DNA of 64,000 nucleotides, from NCBI RefSeq assembly GCF_009914755.1, contig NC_060941.1. The stretch is one strand, 5' to 3'. Positions 25,156-40,809 of the stretch are shown here, in pieces. Positions within the stretch are counted from its first letter, which is position 1. Each line of letters opens with the position of its first letter. The DNA is from the human T2T-CHM13v2.0 reference genome, Homo sapiens. The translations under genes were made by a program, and so were the position numbers. The notes under the pieces are model-generated. The model ran no database searches, had not been told where the DNA came from, and worked only from the letters and a program-made list of their open reading frames with translations.

Positions 25156-25432
25156 CGAGCATCCTCTGCCTCCTTTCCGTGTCTGATCCAAGTCCCTGCC
25201 ATCCCAAACTCCGTTGGAAATTCCCCCATGAGAATCCGGGAGGGGAGATAAACTAGATGTTCACGCTCACCTTGCCATTTTATGCCCAAACCCTTACAGA
25301 TCACCCAATTCAGGCCCCTCATCTTACAGATAATGAGGCTCAGAGAGGAAAATGACTGCCCAAGGTCACGCTGTGGCTACAGTTGGCTGTAAAGTCATTC
25401 AAACCTTCCCAGTTCCTTTTCTGAGACCCGTC

Positions 25433-25840
25433 TGTGATGGGTAATTTTATGTGTTAATTTGGCTAGGCCACGATACCCAGATATTTGATCAAACATTATT
25501 TTAGATGTTTCTGTGAAGGTATTTTTTCGATGAGATTAGCATTTAAATCAATAGACTTTGAGTAAAGCAGATGACCTTCCACAACGTAGGTGGGCCTCAA
25601 CCAACCAGTTGAAGGCCTTAATAGGAAAATGATTACCTGCCCAGAAGAAGAGGGAATCCTGTGAGTGGACTGCCTTTGGGCTCAGCTGCACCTCTTCCGT
25701 GGGTCTCCAGCCTGCCTGCTGACCCTGCAGATTTTGGACTTTGCCAGCCTTCACAATGGCATGAGCCAATTTTAAAAAGTAAATCCCTCTCCCTGTGCAT
25801 ATACATCCCATTGGTTCTGTTTCTCCAGAGAACTCTGACA
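25433..25840 (+). mobile_element. MLT2D-like ERVL solo LTR
   Basis: TGTGATGGGTAATTTTATGTG start; TTGAGTAAAGCAGAT; ATTGGTTCTGTTTCTC end. Confidence 0.85.
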
Positions 25841-26089
25841 TCCCTAAAGGCTCAACCTATTATTTATCCTGACTTTGGGCCTACACCTATGTTTAAAAAA
25901 GTAATATTCTAAAAGAGTGGCTGCTCAGCAATGGGTATAGGATTATTGAATAACTAGTTTTCAGTTAGTGATGAGCTGGTGGAGTGTATAGAGACTAATG
26001 CCAGGGTTCTCACAACTGTAGCAATAATGTAACTGAAGAAAAGAGGCTTACCCTGTTGATGTTCAACATCAGCAAAGATCCTTTTCTCC

Positions 26090-27003
26090 CTGCTGTAGCT
26101 CTTTCTGCTTGAGACAAAGTGTCCATGTTATCGGGATCTGCTATGCGCCATCAGGCTCCCTTTAGTTGCCCTTTGGGCTGCCCACATCCATTTCCCCTTC
26201 TCAATAGCCAAAATTCCCTTTGGGGCATTACCCTTCCCCAATGTGGATGGCTAATTGTGGGCAGTGCTCCCACTAGGGATGCTCAAGGGGCCAGACCTGT
26301 TTCTCCTGGCTCCCATCCAGCCCGAGTGTGAGCATGTGACTTCAACCCAGCCAATCATGGACTCTCTCCTGGGACTTTAAATCAAGTGACATGAGAATAA
26401 GAGGGTGTATTACTCCGTTCTCATGCTGCTATGAGGAAATACCTGAGACTGAGCAATTTGTAAGGGAAACAGGTTTAATTGACTCAGTTCTGCAGGGCTG
26501 GGGGGCCTCAGGAAATTTACAATCATGGCAGAAGGGGAAGCAAACATGTCGTTCTTCACATGGCGGCAGCAAGAAGCTCAGAGCAAAGACGGGGGAAGCC
26601 CCTTATAAAACCATCAAATCCCGTGAGAACTCACTCACTATCACAAGAACAACATGGAGGTAACCACCCCCATGATTCAAGTACCTCCCACGGGGTCCCT
26701 GTGGAGATTCTAGATGAAATTTGGGTGGGGACACAGTCGAACCATATCAGAGGAGAAGGTTGGTGCCATGCATTGCAGAAGAGGCAGGAGAGGCATCAAC
26801 ATTTCTACAGGCTCCTCTGGTTATGAGACTATTTATGGACTTTCTGTGAACTCTGTCCAGCTTCTTGGCCTTCCAGTGTGCTCGTGGTTCTGGCCATTTC
26901 CAAGCCTATCAGGCTCCTGTCAATTTTGCAAGCCCCTGTGAGTCTTTGCTTTGATTATCCAGAATTGGCATCTAACCAGCAACCAAGTCCCCCGACTGAT
27001 ACA
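26090..27003 (+). mobile_element. Ancient ERVL/MaLR LTR (LTR33/MLT1-like) interrupted by THE1
   Basis: GCATGTGAC..CAGCCAATCA; ends GCAACCAAG..GACTGATACA. Confidence 0.55.
26406..26749 (-). mobile_element. THE1C-like solo LTR
   Basis: TGTATTA..GTTCTCATGCTGCT start, TTTGGGTGGGGACACAG..ACCATATCA end; TSD GAGGG/GAGGA. Confidence 0.9.
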
Positions 27004-27378
27004 GACCGTTGAGTACTGTCTCCAGCTCTGCTTTAACTTAGTGATGTCATTTCACTTCCCCAAGCCTCAGCTTCCTCATATGTAAAATTAGGGAATGAGC
27101 CTAGATCTGTGTTCTGCAAATATGTTTCAGCCACAGGAAATTTCATGCAAACAAATTTTCCTTATAGGAGCAGATAAATCATAAAACTGGTCGACGCAGT
27201 GCTGCTCTGGTTAAAGAGAGTCCTGTCCTCTTGGCACTTTCTCAGTAGTGCCCTGCTGTGACTCCTGCAGGGTTCCATAGAGCACGCTGGACTAGACAAT
27301 CTCTAATACCATAAAGGGACAGGGGTGTACTCTCTCTCCCTCATGGCAATGAAAAATAGTCTGGGTTGATTTAATTAA

Positions 27379-27834
<456 letters not shown>

Positions 27835-27991
27835 TAAGAGCACTTTTTATCATGGGGAAGGCACAGCAAAACTACAAAAAGCAAACAACAACAACAAAAT
27901 CTTGAGTGGGGATGTTTTAAACCATTTAAAGTGTCTCTTTTTAAAATTTTTTATTTTTTAATTAATTAATTAATTTTGAGGCTGTGTATGA

Positions 27992-28228
<237 letters not shown>

Positions 28229-28276
28229 TAAAATGGACAAGACTCTATTCACAAGTGCCTTAAAGAGACACTTTAG

Positions 28277-28888
<612 letters not shown>

Positions 28889-28939
28889 TCTGGTGTATAT
28901 TTAATTCCATGAAGAAATCAAACATTATCCCTCCCTTTG

Positions 28940-29140
28940 GCCTGTAGCACCAGGTACTTTGCTTAGGATTTTCACACACACAATCTCATGTATTCTCAAA
29001 CAACTTTCTGGAAAAGTATCATTTATGATTCCTGTTTTATTGGTGAGGACACTGAAGCTCAGAGAGATTAAGTCATTTACCTAAGCTCACATAGATAGTA
29101 AGCAGCCACTAACTGCATGGCTGCAAAGCTTATGTTCTTT
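28940..29140 (-). mobile_element. MIR
   Basis: GAGGACACTGAAGCTCAGAGAGATTAAGTCATTT. Confidence 0.7.
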
Positions 29141-29789
29141 CAAATATAATACTCTACTCCTTTCGTTAACACTATGCATTTGGAGATATTAAAGTGTAGA
29201 ATAATTTGACTACATAGTTCAGTGGTCTTTCAGCTTTCTCTTCTAGATACAGCCTCAATAGGGAGACCCAAAACTCCCAGCTGAAGAAGCATCAGAGACC
29301 TCTGGGTGCCTCCCTTGGGTTCCATGTGTCTCTGCAGGAACACTGGTAGAGTTAGTTCTTGAAAGGAACAGTCCTCTTAACCCTGGGGAGTCTTATTTCC
29401 TATGGCCAGTTGAAGTTTCCTCTAGGAAGGCAAGCTCATTTTAACAAACTACAATCAGGAATAAATATTTACAACTAAAAAAAAGGGTTTTGTGAAAATG
29501 AATTCTCCGACTCTCTTCTTTGTTACTCTACAGACATCATCAGTCACTGAAGATAATGACGGAGTTATGGGATTAGGGGATATGGGATACGGGATATAAA
29601 GGTAACTATGACCTTGCTCAAATAATTCTAATTTTGACTCTTGGTTACCACTTTGTCCTTGTCAGCTGTTCTTATTTCTAAAAATGATGGTACTCTAAAG
29701 ATAATCCAAAGAGTATTTATTCATTCCAATGAAGTTAATCAACATTTGCATATGTGGTTTACTGGGCAATAAATCATTTCTAGGTACTG

Positions 29790-29910
29790 GTCCTGAATAT
29801 GCCACTTCATAAGTAACTGTGTACTCTTGGGTAGGTCACATAAGCCCATTGAATCTTATTTTCTTCATCTCTGAAATGAGAGATTTAGATGAGGCATTCT
29901 GTAAACTTTA
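29790..29910 (+). mobile_element. MIR fragment
   Basis: TTTTCTTCATCTCTGAAATGAG core. Confidence 0.55.
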
Positions 29911-30357
29911 AGATTCTTATTTTGCTGGTTACTTTCAAGGACCTGGGAGCTATGCAATCCCAAATGTGTCCAGCAGAGGTCAGGAGATGTCACTAAAAGC
30001 TCTGAGGGCTACTTTAATCCCAGTTAGCTTTGTAAATAGTTTTATGATAGTCCCTACTCTCTGTGTTACTTACCTGATTTTTTTAAGGTTGGGCAGGCAT
30101 TTTTCTTGAAAAATTAAAGTAGGGATGCATTGTGTGCTTTAGGCCTCTTTCTCAAATGTAAACCATTTCTCCCCTGGCCAATGCCTAGTGAGCAAAGGTA
30201 AATTGCCCAACAGAAGGTGATACGTGGGAACAGTTTAACCTTTGGTAAATGTAAGCAAGTATGGATGCTATGGCAAATTCCATTTCGTCAAAACTTTCTC
30301 TTTATGACAAAGGATTTCTAAGCTCTAGCTAGTGATCTAATATTTTGAAAAAATTCA

Positions 30358-30423
30358 TGATCACACCACTGCACCAGCCTGCGTGACAGAGTGAGACTCT
30401 GTCTCAAAAAAAAGAAAAGAAAC
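30358..30423 (+). mobile_element. Alu 3'-end fragment
   Basis: ATGATCACACCACTGCAC..GAGACTCTGTCTCAAAA. Confidence 0.85.
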
Positions 30424-30709
30424 ATATTTATCCAGCAAAATTATCGTCATAATATGGGTTTCAATCAATATTTCTCTTTTTCTCTCTCTTCTGGGTTTCA
30501 TCAGAAAAATTATCTTGGAAATATACCATTGCAGAGATAGAGACTCTTAATAAATATTTAAATATTATAAGCATTGGTTTATTTAGGCAGAAACAGGAGG
30601 ACTGATTTAAATGTGGGTTGAATCCAAAGAATTGGGAATCACAGGAAGACCCTGCAGCAAGGTCAAGCCCGTCACAAAGAGCTGTTTAAAGAAAATGTAG
30701 TAGAGACAG

Positions 30710-30945
30710 TCTGGAAGTTAAAGTTGACTCTGGGTAAGACCCCCATTTAAACCTTGGTCAAGTTATTTGGTAAAGTTTCTTAACTTTCCTGGAGATAAAC
30801 TCCCCCATTTCCTTATCTATATAGTGAAGACAGTGGTAAAACCTCATAAGATTTGTGTGGGGATTAAATGAGCTAATACACATATATAAAGAGTTTAGGA
30901 AAACACTCGCCACACATTAAATGAGCAATAAGTGAGAGCTATTGC
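30710..30945 (+). mobile_element. MIR
   Basis: GTGGGGATTAAATGAGCTAATACA..CAATAAGTG. Confidence 0.65.
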
Positions 30946-31390
30946 TGTCATACATTTTATTAGAGAGGAGTGTTTTTAGAAAAAGCAAATGGGGAACAAA
31001 ATCACTATGTCTTTTTCTAAATCTCTTTCATGACTATCTCAGACTAGGTTTGATGATTCTGTAGTGTGTTTCAGCCACTGGAGCTGAGAGACCCCGGCCC
31101 GGCCACCTGGCCATGCAGACTTGACTGGCACCATCATTCCCAGCTCACAGCAGCAGCAGAGGCAGCTGGATGCCCATTCCTGCCAGCCAATCCTTATCCG
31201 ACTGCCGGCCCGTCAGCCAGAGTCAGAGGCTGCCTTCCCCATGGAGCAGGGACTGTCGGTGGCCTTCCCCCTCTCTCAGCCCCACGTGGAGCCTAGGCTG
31301 GTGCTGAGTTGCCTGCTCCCTGCTTGGAGGTCAACTTCCATCCAGTGCTTCATCTTTGGCCTCTGAGGCTTTTCTGTTTTTCAGCACTCA

Positions 31391-31676
31391 GGCCAGGTGA
31401 GGGTGGCTCATGCCTGTAATTTCAGCACTTTGGGAGGCTGAGGCTGGTGGATCACTTGAGCCCAGGAGTTCAAGACCAGCCTGGGAAACATGGCAAAACC
31501 CCGTCTCTACAAACAATAAAAAAATTAGCTCAGTGTGGTGGCACACACCTGTAGTCCCAGCTACTTGGGAGGCTGAGATGGGAGGATTTTGGGAGCCCAG
31601 GGAGGTCGAGGTTGCAGTGAGCTGAGATCGCACCACTGCACTCCAGCCTGAGCAATAGAGTGAAACTGCCTTAAAA

Positions 31677-31744
<68 letters not shown>

Positions 31745-31764
31745 AAAGAAAAGAAAAAAAGAAA
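31391..31764 (+). mobile_element. AluJ-like with (AAAG)n tail
   Basis: Alu dimer; ~17 perfect AAAG units at 31676-31743. Confidence 0.92.
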
Positions 31765-32689
31765 ATTAGCACGTGGTTTACTCATTGTCATTACTTCTTC
31801 CCCTGCTCTGGCAGGCGCCTCTAGGACAGGTCTGCACTGATCTCTCCCACCATCGCTAACCCACGGTAGGATGGACTGGGCTCTGAGAAAGCTGGGAACA
31901 GTGGGCCAAGCAGGGCAGGGAGGGCTATGTGCTTCCTGCAGGAGAGAGAGCTGGGTCGTGCTGCGCTCTGATGATGAGGGGTGTGAGCTGGGTGGCAGGA
32001 GGCATGGGCCAGGTGGGATGGCTCCCTCGAAGGTTGGAGAAGGGTTGGCAGGGGGGCAAATGAACAGAACATTCCAGATCAGCTGTGGCACCCATCACCC
32101 ACCATGGGCTGTCCAGCAGGGTGGGGGCCAGAGCAGGATTGCTACAGCCTGCTCACATCCTTGAGACCTTTCTGAAGACCCAGGCCAGTCGTCGAGGGAC
32201 CTCCCAATCACTCACGTTCAAAACCAAAGATTAAAAGGGAGATGGCTGTCTCCTTACACCGACCATAGCTCCAAACTTTCTGAAAAAGGCTTAAACTCTT
32301 AAGGTTTGTGCTTACTCAAATGGAAAGAAAATGGGAGGAAGTGTCAATTCAAAGAGAAACTTTCTGCTTCCTTCTAAAGATGACTGCAGCCTAATTCTGG
32401 CTCTGACACTGTCTTGCTCAGATCCAGCCAAGCTCCTGGCTCCTCCAGGCCTTGCTTTTGGTGCCTGTAAGGCAGCTCTGGAGTAATGGGGGCAAGCCCC
32501 ACCTGTGAGGAGTGGGGGAAGGCGTGAGTGTGATTTGTGATTGCTGATACTTGATGCCCACATACCTCACTCTCAACATGTGTTACTATCAGTGTAATTT
32601 AAGATATTTTTATAAAACCAAAAAAAAAAATCTAGTGTCTTACCTTGTTGGAAATCCCCTTTGGGAAAGTGCTAATACTAACTATTGAA

Positions 32690-32890
32690 CATGTATCCAT
32701 TGCATTTATAATTATCCTGATAATAACTGCCATTTATTTAGAAAAAGTATATAGAAAGCCATGGTGCAGTAACACCATTCTTCCCATTTTACAGACAGGG
32801 ACACTGAGCCTTAGGGAGATGAAGCAATTCTGCCTAAATGCAGGCCGCTAGGCATGCATGAGCTCAGAGCTGGCACTCTTAAACCCTTCT
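32690..32890 (-). mobile_element. MIR
   Basis: CCCATTTTACAGACAGGGACACTGAGCC. Confidence 0.65.
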
Positions 32891-32954
32891 GCGTGTCTCC
32901 ATGCACAGTGAGTTCCTGCTCGGCCCACCCTCAGGGCTCTGCGGACAGGCCTGC

Positions 32955-33268
32955 CTCAGGACCTTTGCAGGTGCTGCTTTCTCCCTCTGGGATTCCTCTC
33001 CCCTCCCTCCCGCCCCCTGCCCTTCCTTCAGACTTCTGCCCCATGCCCGCTATTACTGAGCCTCTCCCTCCCATATGAACGGGTCCACCTCTTCGCCCTT
33101 TCCCTTTCTTGTTTGTCTTCCTCCCTTCCTCGTTTGATCATTCTCTGTCTGCTTCCCCCACTAGAATAAAGACCTGTGGGGTCTTTGTTTTGTGCATGGC
33201 TGTATCTTTAGGATCTAGGAGAAGGTGCTCCCTCACTATTAATTCAACAAACCAGTGAATGAATGAGT
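32955..33268 (+). mobile_element. L2 3' fragment
   Basis: CTCAGGACCTTTGCAGGTGCTG..CCCCCACTAGAATAAAG..GAATGAATGA. Confidence 0.65.
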
Positions 33269-34120
33269 GGCCGCCAGGATTAGCGGGGCTGGTGGGCAGA
33301 GCAGAAGCAGTCTGGATGCCGAGATTTGAGGGAAAGCTCCCTCCAAGCCCTCAGGACTCACTGTAGGGTTAACTCACTGTAGGGTTAACAGGGCCCAGCT
33401 CTGGCAGAGCACAGTTCAACAGCCAGGAATGAGCTCAGCTCCCGTCCCCACTCCCCCCTTCATCAGAAGACTGAGCAGCTTTTTCCCTCTGCCAGGCTTC
33501 CAGCAATACCTCCCCTTGGGGTCTTTTCTGCTTATTCTCCCTTGGGAGGTACTGTGGGAGTCCAGGGATTGGGGTGGGGTGCAAGCGTGAGGGTCTCTGG
33601 GGAAGGGAGACTGTAAACACTTCCATTTTAGCACTGAAATCCCTGAAGTCTCTTCCCTCTGGCTGGTTGGTTCAGCCAGAATAAACTTTCTTTTGGGGTG
33701 AGCAGCTTGGCTGGCTTTTCAAGACTCAGTTCAGACATCTTTGCCGCCCGTCTTCCAGGTTAGTGCCCTCTTTGCTGTCCTCAGGATGGTCTCAGCCCTC
33801 TCTCTGCTTCTCACAGCAGCGTTGCCTCTGTCTGCTTCTCAGAGAACACTCACGGTCTGGGGTCGTGCCTTTCTTCCTCTGGGCCCCAGGCCCAGAATGG
33901 CAGGGGCTCAAATCAATGTTTGTTGAGTAAATGAAGTGGGATGGGGAGGCGACCGATGTTACCATCTGAGAGCCAGCACTGTGCATCATCAATGTTTGCA
34001 TGCCTTCTCCAGCTACAAGTGCCAGGGTCAGCCGCGAATCCAGAGGGGACCACATTTTATGTAGGCCATAGGACTGACTCAAGACAAATAATGCTTTGCC
34101 CTGCAAAATCAGTGCTGTTG

Positions 34121-34433
<313 letters not shown>

Positions 34434-35212
34434 CCAGTGTTGCTGGTAGCAGGCTGCCCCACGGTTAGTCCCTATCCAGCTCAGAGAATGAAGACACCAG
34501 CATCAGGGGCATCTCCCTCACTCCTCCCTTCCCTCAAGCTCCAACAGCTTCTTGCATGCATCCTCCCACTGACTGCAGAGTGGAGGGTGGGGAGTGGGGG
34601 CAGTTCTCATTTACAGGGGGAAAGAAATCCTGGGTGGGGGTGAGAAAGGGGAAGAGCAGTAGGGGAAGCCCTGAGGGTTGGGTGAGCACCCCTGGAAGCC
34701 CAGAAACCTCATTACCTTCCATTCTGACTCATCTGTCTTCTAATTCTTTCTAGCTTCTTGGCAAGGACAGAGGACCCTGCTGAGAGGGCTTCAGGAATGG
34801 CCAAAGACTGAGACGGTGCAGCCTCAGCCACGCCCAGAAAGAACTTGGATAAGTCTGTCTTGCTGTTTTTCCAGTTTTTGTTTGCACCTCACAGGAAGAA
34901 CTGGTCCGCCTTCATTCCTAGCCCCACCAAACTGACAGGTTAGACTGACTCAGGGACCATCCCCTTTGTCAGGCAGTTCCCTCACTTGCTGGACTGACCG
35001 TGGTTCTGCAGTGTGGTTGGGGCCCCTGCATAACACTTTAGCCAACAACTACATTAGAGAACTCTTTGTCTAGACTAAAGCCACATTTCCCAAAGTCGTC
35101 AGATTAAAGACATCACCTGGAAGTTCTGATTGGGTCGGTCTGGGGATGCCCTGAAATCGACTTCTGAAGCGCGCCAGATGATTTATAAAATAGCTCAGTA
35201 AAAACCAAGCTC

Positions 35213-35777
<565 letters not shown>

Positions 35778-35959
35778 TTAGGAGAGTCCTCTGCTCCCAT
35801 AGCTCTGTGGGTATTTCCCATCTGGAGCCTGCAGCAAGCTGGAATGAGAGGTAGTAGTAAGAAACCAGCCCTCTTTATGAGTAAACGTGTATTTGGTAAC
35901 TGATACAGCTGAAGAGCTGGTCAAGTCTTGCTTTCCTCGGAACAATGCTGCTGATTTGT

Positions 35960-36270
35960 ACAGTTGATCACTCTCACCAGCCCCAGATTATTTCAATGGC
36001 TCCACATTGTGCCTGGGATTGAGTCCAAGATTCAAGTGCCTAGCATGCTGCAAGAGCCCTAAATGACCTATGGGTTCCTCCAGCCTCATCTCCACCCATC
36101 CCACCCCTACCCACCTTGCATTTCCTCACAAGGGCCACACTCTCGCACCTCCCACCTTCATTCATGATGTTCCCCCTGCTTGGAATACTTTCTTCTCATG
36201 TCCTACCCTGCTTCATCTGACTCCTACTCATCTGTCAGAAGTCACCTGCTCTGGGAAGCCTTCCCAGGTT
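35960..36270 (+). mobile_element. L2 fragment
   Basis: TTCAATGGCTCC..GATGTTCCCCCTGCTTGGAATAC..GGAAGCCTTCCC. Confidence 0.6.
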
Positions 36271-39014
36271 AATGAGAGGTGAGTCAACTTCCCCCAGCAA
36301 GATGGAGAAATCAGGATGCCCCTAAATAGGGGGTTGGATAAATCCAGGATTCTACCTCCACAAAATGAAATAAAAATAGAGATGTGAATTTTCTTATTTC
36401 TGTATTAGGCAGTTTTTAAAATACTGTTGTGTTCATGGCAATATATTCAAGAATGTAAAGTGAAGAGTAAGTCCCTCCTCCTGGTTTCAGTCTTCCCTGA
36501 GGCACTCACTGTTGTCAGTTTCTTGGGTGGGTCTTACAGACATGTTCTACCCCTAAACGGGTATACACGTATGTCAAGGTGAGAGAGGGGTAAAGATGGG
36601 GGATACAAAATGTATTTAAGTCATGGACCCTGCACCTGAGAAACTCACAACTTCTTGGGAAGGTTAAGTCAGCCCTACTCCATGAGTTAGAGTATTAAAT
36701 GGCATGTGGGAACCTGAATGAGGTCACTCACTCAAGGCCACTCACAGCCACTCAGAGCCAGGATTCAAGCCCCAAAGAGATTGAATGGGCTTGTTCTATA
36801 AACCACCCACCTGCCATAAGTAAAAGGGACACCTTTCATAAGTGGTATCAAGACAGAATTCCTAACCCCCAGTCCCCAGGTATAGTTCGAATGCACATTA
36901 TTGTAATCCCTCTATTGCAAAGTTCTGGTTCTTGGACTTTTAAAGCTGGGACATAGCTGAGTCTGGGGCTGGAAACCAGGACTGGCAGGTGCAATAAAAG
37001 TAATAGTCCATCAAGCTTTGTTGCTTGAACTATGGTTACCATAAGTAATTACAGGAAAAATAAACAAAAACACTCCATGAAGCTGAAGTAGTAAAATGAG
37101 ACTCCAGCTTCGAGAACAGACACGGTATTAAAATTGGGGCATCTTTGGGTCTGGCATCTCCACCCAGGCCATTTGACATGTGAGAAAATCTCGAGAGGTG
37201 AAGTGACTTGCCTGAGGTCACTGGGTTGATTTTGACAAAATGAAGATCAATATGCCTGTTTCCTATTCTGAGTTAGTCACTGTCCACAGCACCGCCTTCC
37301 CCACCACCAAGGGGAAGAGAGGCTGCAGGACAAGGTGAGCGCACCCATGTCCTTCCTGAGATGAGGCCTGTGCACTCTTGAAGTATTCTCTGACTTCAAG
37401 GGAGAACCAGTGGGAACGTCAGGCTTGGAAGACCAAGTCAGGGACTCAATTACGGCCTCACTGTCATTGTTTCTAGCTACAAACTATAAACACCGACTGC
37501 CTGAATGGAGAAGAAAATGTATCAGAAGGTAAACAGGCAGCTCACAGAACCACCACAAGACCCTAAAACTAGGTTTAAAGCTGCACAGTCAGGGACAACA
37601 CCCCCGACGGAACCCAAACCCTATGTGCCGAGAAACCTCGATGTGTCCCCAGCCGGCTCAGCGGCCCCTGCTGTGCCAGGAATTCAGATGTGCTGCACTG
37701 CCGACCATCCACAGTGGACATTCTCGGGAGTCCTGGCCTCCCTCAGAACCCCCACGCTCCCCTAAGGTCTGGCACAGGCCCCTCTGGTTGGCCAGCCCTC
37801 GTCACATGCGCTGGCTGTAGTTGCAAAAGGGAGGCTGAGAAAGGGGAAACGGAACATTTCCGTTTCTCTAGTAGAAGGTGAGGACCTCCTCCCGATCCAA
37901 TCATAAAGTAGGAGTCCCCCAAACATGAGAAAGGAGTTCAAATGCCCAGTGGCTCCAAAAAGAAGATAAATGTCCTCCACCTGTTGGAAGTGGGGCATAA
38001 AGAAGATGGATGAGTCCTAGAGGAGGAAGGGAGAGGAGACCCTCCACAGAGCAGGGGCAGCTGAGTCTGTTAAGTGAAATTTGACTTAGTGGTGCAGGAA
38101 CATGACGCATGAGGCATAACTCCACTATCCCAATAGCACAGGGCTAGGGTTGCCAGATGAAAGTCACATGCTTGGGGAATTGCAACACAGGAAGAGAAAT
38201 TGAGCAATGAAGAGAAATTGAGAAATGAAGTCTCCGTACATTAAAGAGGAAGGGAAGGCTAATCTCTTCCTACCCTGGTTAAGAAAGAATTTGAATGGAG
38301 AAGAGGAGGAAAGGAGGCTGATTTGCATTAAGCACCTACTATTTTTGAGCACCAGGCCCTGAAATGTGGCTGGCGTGATCTCCTTTAATGTGGAGAAACA
38401 GAAACAGTACAATCTTGATAATTTGGGGATTTGGGAAAAGACTCCTTTCCCGTATGTTTCTTCCGTTAGTGTTACAGCCTCCTGGCCTCTCCCCTTCCTG
38501 CAAGCCCCTCCTGGAAAGAGGAGGTGATTGTGAGCTGCAGAGGGCAGTGTAAGCCTGGCTCTGCCTGCCTCCTGCTTTCCCTTGGGTGGGGCCTCCCATC
38601 GGCAGCTGGCGAGCACAGCTGTCATGCAGCCAGCCCTGCAGTGAGGCCCGCATGTCTGAGTCCTGCCTATGACCAGGCAGGTGGGTCTAATTCTGGGTAT
38701 GACATTAGGATGTTGGTTGTTGCCTGGTTCATCTAAGCCACACCCTCAATCCGGGCCTTTATCAGCAATGAGGGTGATACTGCAATCCATACCTATCTTA
38801 CTCCTTTATGTCTCAATAGTTTAGAACTCACACTGAGGAAAAGGGATGCTCCTTACCAATCCCCCTTCTCAAATCTCACCAGTAATTTCTGATAGGATTA
38901 GCACAGCATTTGACAAATATTAAAGGATTCAATTTTTAATCATCCTAGGAAGCAGGGCTCTTAACTTGAGATTTGGGGATGGACTTCAGAGCATGGGACA
39001 TTCATTTATTCATT

Positions 39015-39180
39015 ATTTTTCTTTTCTTTTCTTTTCTTTTTTGAGACAGGGTCTTGCTCTGTTGCCCAGTCTGGAGTGCAGCAATGCAATGACAGCTCAC
39101 TGCAGTGTTGACCTCTTGGGCTAAATTGATCCTCCCACCTCAGCCTCCTGAGTAGCTGGGACCACAGACATGCCACCATA
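39015..39180 (-). mobile_element. Alu right-arm monomer (FRAM-like)
   Basis: Single antisense right arm. Confidence 0.85.
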
Positions 39181-39340
39181 CTCACCCCCTCTACCATAAA
39201 GTCTGAGGGAAAATTACTTTCTCTCCAAGACATTCTTGCAGCTGAAAATGTTACATAACATAGTTGGCCAATGAAGTATAAGCCAAAGAATTCTGGGAGC
39301 TTCTGGAAAAATTTTGCTTCCTTGATTGGAGCTGTGATTC

Positions 39341-39629
39341 TTTTTTTTTTTTTTTTTTTTTTTTTTTTGAGACAGAGTTTTGCTCTATTGCCCAGGCTGC
39401 AGCGTCAGCTCACTGCAACCTCTGCCTCCCAGGTTCAAGGTATTCTCCCACCTCAGCCTCCTGAGTAGCTGGGATTACAGGTGCCCACCACCATACCCAG
39501 CTAATTTTTTGTATTTTTAGTAGAGACAATCTTTCACCATGTTGGCCAGGCTGGTCTCAAACTGCTGACCTCAGGTGATCCACCCACCTCAGCCTCCCAA
39601 AGTGCTGGGACCAGCCACTGTGCCTGGCC
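39341..39629 (-). mobile_element. AluS with two small internal deletions
   Basis: Antisense dimer with long T tail. Confidence 0.9.
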
Positions 39630-39694
39630 AATGTCATTAATTTCTTATGTGTCCTTTCAGAGATACTTTATTTGGACACAAGCAATTACAAATA

Positions 39695-40026
39695 CAGTTG
39701 ACCCTCTGTATCCACAGCCTCTGTATCTGCAAGTTCTGTGTTCATGGATTCACTCAATTGCAGATCAAAACATATTGAAAAAAACAATAAAAATAGTAGT
39801 ACAATAGTAAAAAATACAAATACAAATAAATAATACAAATAAAAATAAAAATAGTAAAAAATAATACAAATAAAAATATCATAAGTAATCTAGAAATGAT
39901 TTAAAGTATACAGTAGGATGTGCAAATACTATGCCATTTTATATAAGGGACTTGAGCATCTTTAGATACTGGTATCTGCAGGGGTCCTGGAACTAATGCC
40001 CTGTGAATATGGAGGGATGATGACTG
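39695..40026. mobile_element. MER2 (TcMar-Tigger) non-autonomous DNA transposon
   Basis: TA-CAGTTGACCCTC...GAGGGATGATGACTG-TA, TIR-like ends with TA TSD. Confidence 0.85.
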
Positions 40027-40809
40027 TATATGTATCTTTTGCCTCCTTTTAGACAAATAGTAGAATACTATACACACTGTTCTGCATCTTGCTTTTTTTC
40101 ACTTAAAAACACATCTTGGTGACAATTCCATATCAGTACTTAAAGCATGCCAAACTCTTTTTAGCATCAGCATACTATTCCACTGTGTGACTGGAGCATA
40201 ATTAATTTAACCAATTCCCTACCATGGGATGTATATGTTATTTGGAATCTTTTTTAAAGGATAGAATCCAGCTCAAGAACTTCTAGCCATGCAAGTGACT
40301 CAAAGCTTTAATGCAGAGTAACTTTAGGCAAGTTGCTTAACCTCTCTGAGGTTAAGTGTTTCTTATCTTCCTTCCCACCACAATGGCTCCCCAGAGCCCA
40401 TCACTGCCCTGGGGAAGTGCTTTTATATTTCCAGCCCCACACAGTAGCATCCACCTTCATCTGGGGAGTGGGGGTCGAGGAGGCAGGAATAGGAGGTTTC
40501 AACCAGAGGACAGGTCCCCAGTGTCTTGGCCAAGGGAGCCTGGTGGGGGGCTCTCTCTGGCTGCTTCTCACGCCCTTATGTTGTCACCCTCTGAAATATG
40601 CTGTTTGCCTTCCCTGACGCTGACCTAGTTGGCAAGGACTGCAGAACAATGTCAGGCCCAGGGCCTGGTGCATCCTGGGGATGTCACCGCAGAGCAAACA
40701 TGAGTTTGCTGGCTGGGTGTCAACAGGAAGATACATTAAGGGCAAATAGGAGCGAGATCCCTGGCATGGAAACAAGAAGAAGGCTGGCTGCTGGCTCTGT
40801 GTGGGAGTT

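Noticed and set aside
31561-32164. 176-aa and 97-aa ORFs
   Set aside because: GC-rich chance ORFs; the longer one runs into (AAAG)n and Alu
34870-34945. Possible small exon (..CTCACAG / CAG|GTTAGA)
   Set aside because: Splice-like motifs alone are too common; no supporting exon chain
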